This document shows, piece by piece, positions 58,644 through 64,000 of a stretch of 64,000 nucleotides of DNA (within the stretch, counting starts at the first letter, position 1; the number at the start of each line of letters is the position of its first letter). The notes below the pieces were generated by a model. It worked only from the letters and a program-made list of their open reading frames with translations, made no database searches and was not told where the DNA came from. The position numbers were made by a program, and so were the translations under genes. The stretch comes from an uncultured Gammaproteobacteria bacterium (lineage in GTDB: Bacteria > Patescibacteriota > Microgenomatia > Woykebacterales > RBG-16-39-9b): NCBI GenBank assembly GCA_964367355.1, contig CAYIWY010000004.1:35976-99975 (forward strand). The letters are read 5' to 3'.

Positions 58644-58722
58644 ACGCGTGCTCAGTATAGCATTTTAGGCTTAGAGAATCCAGATAATTTCTGTAACCTC
58701 TTTTTAAGACTATTTCCTTGAC

Positions 58723-59649
58723 TTGAAGCTTAATTCTAGGCTAGACTTGAATAAAGAAAGCAAAAAAACTGTGGAAGAAAATCCTAAGCTTAATTCAGTT
58801 CCGCCAACAACAGAAGCCTACAACCGAGCGATTCGGGAATTGACGCATGCCAACTTGCGTTTGCATCAATTGGATAAGGCAAAGGATGAGTTTATTTCCA
58901 TCGCCAGCCACGAACTACGCAACCCGATGGCAATTATTAAAGGGACCATTAGTATGATTTTGGCGGGGGATGATGGTGAAATTAACCCCGAGGTTAAGAA
59001 TGATTTGAGGGATGTAATGGTTGTAGTTGCTCGCCAAATTAGAATGGTTAATGAACTACTCGATATTTCCCGAATTGAAGCAGGGGTAATCTATTTTAAT
59101 TTACTTTCCGAGCTTGATCTTGTGAATTTAGCGCATTTGCTTGAGGCTTCACTGAATTTGGTTGCCGATCAGAATAGTGTTAAAATAGTTGTTGTACCTA
59201 GTCCAAATATTCCCAAAATTCAAGGTGATCAGGACAAAATTTCCCAAGTATTGATTAATTTAGTTTCCAATGCCTTAAAATTTACAAATAACGGATCAAT
59301 CACAGTTAGCTTCAAAAAAGCTGGTGATTTTGTTGTAACTTCGGTAACCGATACTGGATCTGGAATGCCGGAAGAAAAAAAGGAGGAATTATTTAAAAAA
59401 TTTACCAAACCAGCTGATCCAACGGTAGCGACTATGTCAACTGGAAGCGGGTTGGGACTTTATATTTCGAAAAAATTTGTCGAGCACTTAGGTGGTAAAC
59501 TTTGGCTTGAAAGAAGTGAACCTGGAAAAGGTTCGACCTTTTGCTTTTCAATGCCAATTACTGGGAGCACTTCAGCCAAAGAGGTAGAGGATGATATTGC
59601 GGTGTTACAAAATCTTAAGCAAGTTTATTTTAAAACTAAAGGAGGATAG
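58723..59649 (+). CDS. soluble histidine kinase (DHp + CA only)
   Basis: H-box FISIASHELRNPMAIIKGTI, N box LINLVSNALKF, G boxes DTGSGM and GSGLGL. No TM helix. Confidence 0.8.
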   Translation: MKLNSRLDLNKESKKTVEENPKLNSVPPTTEAYNRAIRELTHANLRLHQLDKAKDEFISIASHELRNPMAIIKGTISMILAGDDGEINPEVKNDLRDVMVVVARQIRMVNELLDISRIEAGVIYFNLLSELDLVNLAHLLEASLNLVADQNSVKIVVVPSPNIPKIQGDQDKISQVLINLVSNALKFTNNGSITVSFKKAGDFVVTSVTDTGSGMPEEKKEELFKKFTKPADPTVATMSTGSGLGLYISKKFVEHLGGKLWLERSEPGKGSTFCFSMPITGSTSAKEVEDDIAVLQNLKQVYFKTKGG

Positions 59650-59653
59650 CAAA

Positions 59654-60022
59654 ATGAGTAAAGTCGTTTTAGTTGAAGATGATGAGCTGTTTGTAAAAAT
59701 GTATCAGAAGAAATTTGTCCGTGAGGGTATTGATCTGGATGTTGCTTTTAACGGTGAAGACGGTTTTAACAAAATAAAGGAATTAAAACCTGATATTGTA
59801 ATTTTGGATTTAATGATGCCAAAAATGGGTGGTGTGGAGGTTTTACGTAAGCTTAGTGCAGATTCAGATTTGAAAGACATACCGGTGATTGTGATGACAA
59901 ATCTTAATGCTGGTTCCGAAGAAGTCAACGAAGCAATGAGTTTAGGAGTAAAGGAAACCGTCTTAAAAACCGATGTAACACCAGAACAAATTGTTGGCAT
60001 TGTCAGAAAATATCTAACATAG
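59654..60022 (+). CDS. single-domain response regulator (receiver)
   Basis: KVVLVEDDELF...IVILDLMMPKMGG...KTDVTP. Start chosen at MSKV, downstream of the ORF-track start. Confidence 0.8.
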   Translation: MSKVVLVEDDELFVKMYQKKFVREGIDLDVAFNGEDGFNKIKELKPDIVILDLMMPKMGGVEVLRKLSADSDLKDIPVIVMTNLNAGSEEVNEAMSLGVKETVLKTDVTPEQIVGIVRKYLT

Positions 60023-61708
60023 ATGAAATTATCAAATCAAGAAATAAAAGATTCAGTTGTTAAATCTGGTTTTGTTACTAACGAGGATTTGAAACAAGCT
60101 GAAAAAATAGCCCACGATCAAAACCGCTCATTGGTTGAAATTTTGATTGAACGGGGAATTTTGGTTGAGAAATTTTTAGGTCAAATTTTAGCTGAAACAT
60201 TAAACTATCCTTACGTAGATTTGCGTAACAAGATTATCCCGGATGAGATTCTAAACTTAATTGATGAAAAATTTGCCAGCGAACACCGAATCCTCGTTTT
60301 TGATAAGCACGATAAGACCTTATCTCTGGCAATGGAAAATCCGGATGATATCGAAATCGTCGAGTTTATCAAAAAGAAAACTAACTTTTTGGTGGAAGTG
60401 TTTTTCAGTTTGCCGGCGGTTATGGATGAAGGTTTGGATCAATACCGCAAAGATATTCAACTCGATTTTGAAAAATCTATTTCGAAACATATTTCGCAGG
60501 CGGAAAAAATGGCAATTCTGGGGGCGGCGGATTTACCGGTTGTCAAAATACTAGACGCTCTGCTTGATTACGCGGCCAGTGAACAAGCGTCTGATTTGCA
60601 TATTGAAAACGTCGGTGACCGTCTGGTGGTGCGCTTTCGGATTGACGGTAAGCTCAAAGACGTACTCGATTTACCCGACAAAATCCAATCTGGTCTAATA
60701 ACCAGAATAAAAATTCTAGCAAATCTACGTACCGACGAGCATCGCATACCCCAAGACGGGCGTTTTCGTTTTAGACATCGGGTTGACGAAATTTCTGTCA
60801 GGGTTTCGATATTGCCGACGTTCCATGGAGAGGACGCTGTCTTGAGATTGCTTTCCTCGGCGGCTCGTCCCAAAACCCTTGAAGGTTTGGGATTAACAGG
60901 GTCCAATTTGCAAAAAATTGAAGCAGAATTAAAAAAACCACACGGCATGATTCTTTCGACTGGTCCGACCGGTAGTGGAAAAACAACAACTTTGTACAAC
61001 ATTTTGACAATTTTAAATACGGCCGAAGTTAACATTTGTACAATTGAAGATCCAATTGAGTATGGTTTGGCTCGGGTTAACCAAACGCAAGTTAATCCTG
61101 CGGCTGGGTTAACTTTTGCCAATGGGCTGCGGTCAATACTGCGACATGATCCTGACATTATTCTAGTCGGTGAAATTCGTGATCAAGAAACTGCCGAAAT
61201 TGCTATTCACTCCGCTTTAACCGGACATCTGGTACTTTCGTCACTACACACAAACGATGCTATCGGGGCAATCCCAAGATTAATCGATCTTGGAGCGCAG
61301 GCGTATTTGATTGGTTCTAGTTTAAGTTTGGTTATCGCTCAAAGGCTAGTTTCGCGCAATTGTCAAAGTTGTTTGGTTGTCGAGGAGATAAAACCGGATA
61401 TGCTCAAGTTACTGAAAACCGAATTTGGTACGGAAACCCCAGAGAATTTCCTGAAAGAAGCAAAACAGCATCGTGGTAAAGGCTGCAAAGTCTGCAACAA
61501 TGAAGGTTTTCACGGTCGAATCGGTATTTTTGAAGTGCTAGACATTAGTGAAAAAATCAAAGAGCTTATTTATACTAAAGCGCCAGTTAACGAAATTGAA
61601 GCAGAGGCAAAAAGAGAAGGTTTCAGCCGGATGTTTATCGATGGCTTAGCCAAAGTGCAAGCTGGCCAGACAACGATCGAGGAAGTTTTCGGAGCGGTCA
61701 GAGAATGA
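60023..61708 (+). CDS. pilB: type IV pilus assembly ATPase PilB (GspE family)
   Basis: N-terminal GSPII domain, Walker A LSTGPTGSGKTTTLY, Asp/His boxes, and a tetracysteine motif (CQSC...CKVC). Confidence 0.9.
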   Translation: MKLSNQEIKDSVVKSGFVTNEDLKQAEKIAHDQNRSLVEILIERGILVEKFLGQILAETLNYPYVDLRNKIIPDEILNLIDEKFASEHRILVFDKHDKTLSLAMENPDDIEIVEFIKKKTNFLVEVFFSLPAVMDEGLDQYRKDIQLDFEKSISKHISQAEKMAILGAADLPVVKILDALLDYAASEQASDLHIENVGDRLVVRFRIDGKLKDVLDLPDKIQSGLITRIKILANLRTDEHRIPQDGRFRFRHRVDEISVRVSILPTFHGEDAVLRLLSSAARPKTLEGLGLTGSNLQKIEAELKKPHGMILSTGPTGSGKTTTLYNILTILNTAEVNICTIEDPIEYGLARVNQTQVNPAAGLTFANGLRSILRHDPDIILVGEIRDQETAEIAIHSALTGHLVLSSLHTNDAIGAIPRLIDLGAQAYLIGSSLSLVIAQRLVSRNCQSCLVVEEIKPDMLKLLKTEFGTETPENFLKEAKQHRGKGCKVCNNEGFHGRIGIFEVLDISEKIKELIYTKAPVNEIEAEAKREGFSRMFIDGLAKVQAGQTTIEEVFGAVRE

Positions 61709-61811
61709 ACCTCCGAGGGTTAAAACCCTCGGTTTCATCTCTAAAGTTTCGTTTTCTTCGGTCTTCATCCGTGGATTAAGAATCCACGGTTTTAGGCACG
61801 CGAAAATAAAA
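61706..61811 (+). repeat. 100-nt dual-hairpin repeat, copy 2, between pilB and pilC
   Basis: Near-identical to 42633-42738 and again begins at the TGA stop codon. Confidence 0.85.
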
Positions 61812-61812
61812 T

Positions 61813-62895
61813 ATGAAACTGCCCACCTTTTTTTCAAATTCAAAAAATATCAAGCTAACAGATGCGGATAATTTATTTATTTTGGAAAGTCTTTCCGCAA
61901 TGCTGTCTTCTGGTATTCCCATAAGCGAAGCTCTAAGCTCAATTGACGAAGACACAAATAGCAAAAAAACCAAGCAGGTGGTACGGACAATTAATGAAGA
62001 AATCAGTAGTGGAAAATCGCTTTCCGAAAGCTTTGGACGTTTTCCTGAAAGTTTCGATCCGGTTTTTTTAAGCATTGTCAAATCTGGCGAAGCAAGTGGC
62101 AAGCTTGATTCTGTTTTACAAAACGCCTCTAAAAATTTGAAAAAAAATATTGAAACAAAAGGGAACATAAAATCAGCTCTGCTGTATCCAGTAATAATAA
62201 TCGGTGTTTTGTTTTTGGTTGCTTTCTTGGTTTTTGGTTACTCGCTACCGAAAGTCGCTAAGGTCTTTTTTGATTTACATTTAAAATTGCCAGCGTACTC
62301 CACGTTTGTTTTAAAAATGGCACTTTGGTTTGGGGATAATAAAATGACCATTGTGACAATCTCGGTTTTTATTGTTTTTTTGTTTTATTTACTTCTCAAG
62401 TTCAAAAAAATTAAGAGTTTTCTCTTTCGTATTCTTTTTAGCTTGCCAATTATCTCAAATATTGTGCGCCTCAAGGACTTTTCAAGTTTTACCCAAACAA
62501 CTGGACTACTTTTAAATGCTGGAGTACCGATTATTAATGCTTTTGAAATTTCGAAAAACGTTGTAGTTTCAGAAAAATTACGAAATGACTTAACACGAGT
62601 TATTACCGAATTAACTGAAGGTTCAACTCTGTCGAAAAGCATGAAAACAGCTTCAAAAAGTTTTCCTTCTCTTTTGCGTCGGGTGGTAAGTGTTGGAGAG
62701 GAAAGTGGGAAGCTAGATCAATCTTTAGCGGATATCTCAGAATATTATGAGCATAAATTTACTGAGGTTATTAAAAATTTAACTGTGATTATCGAACCAG
62801 TTTTGATCATTTTTATCGCGGTTTTAGTGGCGTTAGTCTTGGTTAGCGTTATTTTACCTATCTATCAAGGTATCGGTACTATCAACCGACAATAG
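61813..62895 (+). CDS. pilC: type IV pilus platform protein PilC (GspF family)
   Basis: Two GspF repeats and three TM helices; 360 aa. Confidence 0.85.
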   Translation: MKLPTFFSNSKNIKLTDADNLFILESLSAMLSSGIPISEALSSIDEDTNSKKTKQVVRTINEEISSGKSLSESFGRFPESFDPVFLSIVKSGEASGKLDSVLQNASKNLKKNIETKGNIKSALLYPVIIIGVLFLVAFLVFGYSLPKVAKVFFDLHLKLPAYSTFVLKMALWFGDNKMTIVTISVFIVFLFYLLLKFKKIKSFLFRILFSLPIISNIVRLKDFSSFTQTTGLLLNAGVPIINAFEISKNVVVSEKLRNDLTRVITELTEGSTLSKSMKTASKSFPSLLRRVVSVGEESGKLDQSLADISEYYEHKFTEVIKNLTVIIEPVLIIFIAVLVALVLVSVILPIYQGIGTINRQ

Positions 62896-62896
62896 T

Positions 62897-63418
62897 ATGG
62901 AAAAACAACCTGCCGGTTTAGAAAACGGCTTTTCTTTGATTGAAATTCTTTTGGTAATATCCCTAATGGTGATAATTTTATCTTTGGCCACACCTAATCT
63001 TTTTAATCCTTTGGGGCAAGAAAAAGTAAATAGCTTGGCAAGCGATATTACGATAAACTTAAAAGATGCTCAGATTAAGGCCATGCATTCAGAAACCTTA
63101 GGTCAAGCCGCAACAAGTGAGTTTGGTGTTCATTTTAGTGCAAGTAGCTATACTATTTTTAGAGGAACAGTTTTTAACCCAGCTGATACCAATAATTTTT
63201 CAGTAGCGCTAACAAATGGTTTATCAATTAGCCAAAATTTACCGTGTTTGTCTAGTCCCAATGACTGTAACAATATTGTCTTTTCAAAATTGTCGGGAGA
63301 AGTGCAAAATTTCGACCAAACAAAAAATAGCCTTTGTCTGACAGATACCTTAAATAATAGAATTTTACTTACCACTAATTTTCTTGGAGTTATAAATGCG
63401 CAAACTGACGCTTGTTAA
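62897..63418 (+). CDS. prepilin-type N-terminal cleavage/methylation domain protein (pilin/pseudopilin)
   Basis: Class III signal ...GLENG|FSLIEILLVISLMVIILSLA. Confidence 0.7.
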   Translation: MEKQPAGLENGFSLIEILLVISLMVIILSLATPNLFNPLGQEKVNSLASDITINLKDAQIKAMHSETLGQAATSEFGVHFSASSYTIFRGTVFNPADTNNFSVALTNGLSISQNLPCLSSPNDCNNIVFSKLSGEVQNFDQTKNSLCLTDTLNNRILLTTNFLGVINAQTDAC

Positions 63419-64000
63419 TAATCAAGGACAAGCATTACTTGAGTTAATTCTGGCAATTTCGATCGCGAGTTTTTTCTTAACTACTTTTGTTGTTGGAATT
63501 ATTTCCGTTCGGGAGGCATTTAACCATTCCAGCATTAGTGCAGAAGCTAAATTGCTACTTCAAAAAGAAGTCGAGGCTCTGCGTTCAATTAAAGAAACGA
63601 GTTGGAACAGTTTTTCTTTGCCAGGAACTTATCATGTCACCGCCGAAGCAGGTAACGTTTGGGGTGTAGCCCCCGGCACTGTAGTCGATAACAAGCTAAC
63701 TCACGGTTTTACTGTTGCCGATGTTTGTCGCTTACAGGCCACTTTTGCACTGGACGATTGTTCAAACCCATTATCTATTCCTGATCCAGCGACCAAAAAA
63801 ATTACTGCCACAGTCAGTTGGTCTTTTCTGGGAAACGAGTCGATCAGTTCGAACCTATATTTGACGAGAAATTACAATAATTCTGTCTGGACACAAACGA
63901 CCCAAGCTGATTTTAATGCTGGGACAAAAACAAATACACAAGTTGTCAATAACGCCGGTGGGGAAGTAGAGCTGACTCAATCCTCCTCAACTGCCGATTA
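63396..64000 (+). CDS. prepilin-type N-terminal domain protein (second pilin-like gene), 3' end outside window
   Basis: MRKLTLVNNQG|QALLELILAISIASFFL. The frame stays open to the window end. Missing from the ORF track because there is no stop in the window. Confidence 0.6.
   Translation, partial: MRKLTLVNNQGQALLELILAISIASFFLTTFVVGIISVREAFNHSSISAEAKLLLQKEVEALRSIKETSWNSFSLPGTYHVTAEAGNVWGVAPGTVVDNKLTHGFTVADVCRLQATFALDDCSNPLSIPDPATKKITATVSWSFLGNESISSNLYLTRNYNNSVWTQTTQADFNAGTKTNTQVVNNAGGEVELTQSSSTAD

Overview
This is a low-GC bacterial window (about 38-40% GC by eye; not computed) with compact genes, frequent TTG/GTG starts and strong AGGAGG ribosome-binding sites. It would fit a small-genome Gram-positive-like lineage such as Patescibacteria/CPR, but that placement is inference only.

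Core content, in order along the window:
- An F1F0 ATP synthase operon on the minus strand: atpB-E-F-H-A-G, then an in-operon NUDIX gene, then atpD, with atpC split off by a divergent surface-protein gene. A Cab-type beta-carbonic anhydrase-like gene abuts atpB.
- gpmI, rsmI, a single-domain response regulator, Nramp (mntH) and lexA.
- A nucleotide-excision-repair set: uvrB and uvrA, with a shortened uvrC at 34951 beyond the island and the two-component genes.
- A two-component pair, a transglutaminase-like secreted protein, secG, two family-5 solute-binding proteins, an ABC-2 exporter, lon, yidC, an SPFH protein, dgkA and a CvpA-CAP fusion.
- A type IV pilus cluster at the window end: histidine kinase, response regulator, pilB, pilC and two prepilin-like genes.
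- Seven tRNAs: Arg-TCT, Lys-CTT, His, Arg-TCG, Gly-TCC (plus a 5'-half fragment) and Gln.

Accessory content worth attention:
- A roughly 7.4-kb mosaic island (about 23035-30430) directly after uvrA. It is built from repeated promoter / 5'UTR / terminator modules around many small genes, plus Fic, an NYN-domain protein, a DUF6883-like/DUF4926 pair and a frameshifted higher-GC remnant. No integrase is present.
- Two toxin-antitoxin-like cassettes (DUF4258/DUF2283 and MNT/HepT) tandemly inserted next to tRNA-His, flanked by degenerate copies of the tRNA 3' end.
- A RelE/RelB pair between tRNA-Arg and tRNA-Gly.
- A roughly 2-kb insertion next to tRNA-Gln, bracketed by about 130-bp direct repeats, carrying one large secreted-protein gene.
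- Two tandem 35-aa membrane peptides translationally coupled to the CvpA-CAP gene.
- A dual-hairpin repeat of about 100 nt present after a small Cys-peptide gene and again between pilB and pilC.
- GC-rich structured non-coding regions on both sides of uvrB, one of which carries RNase P RNA-like motifs.
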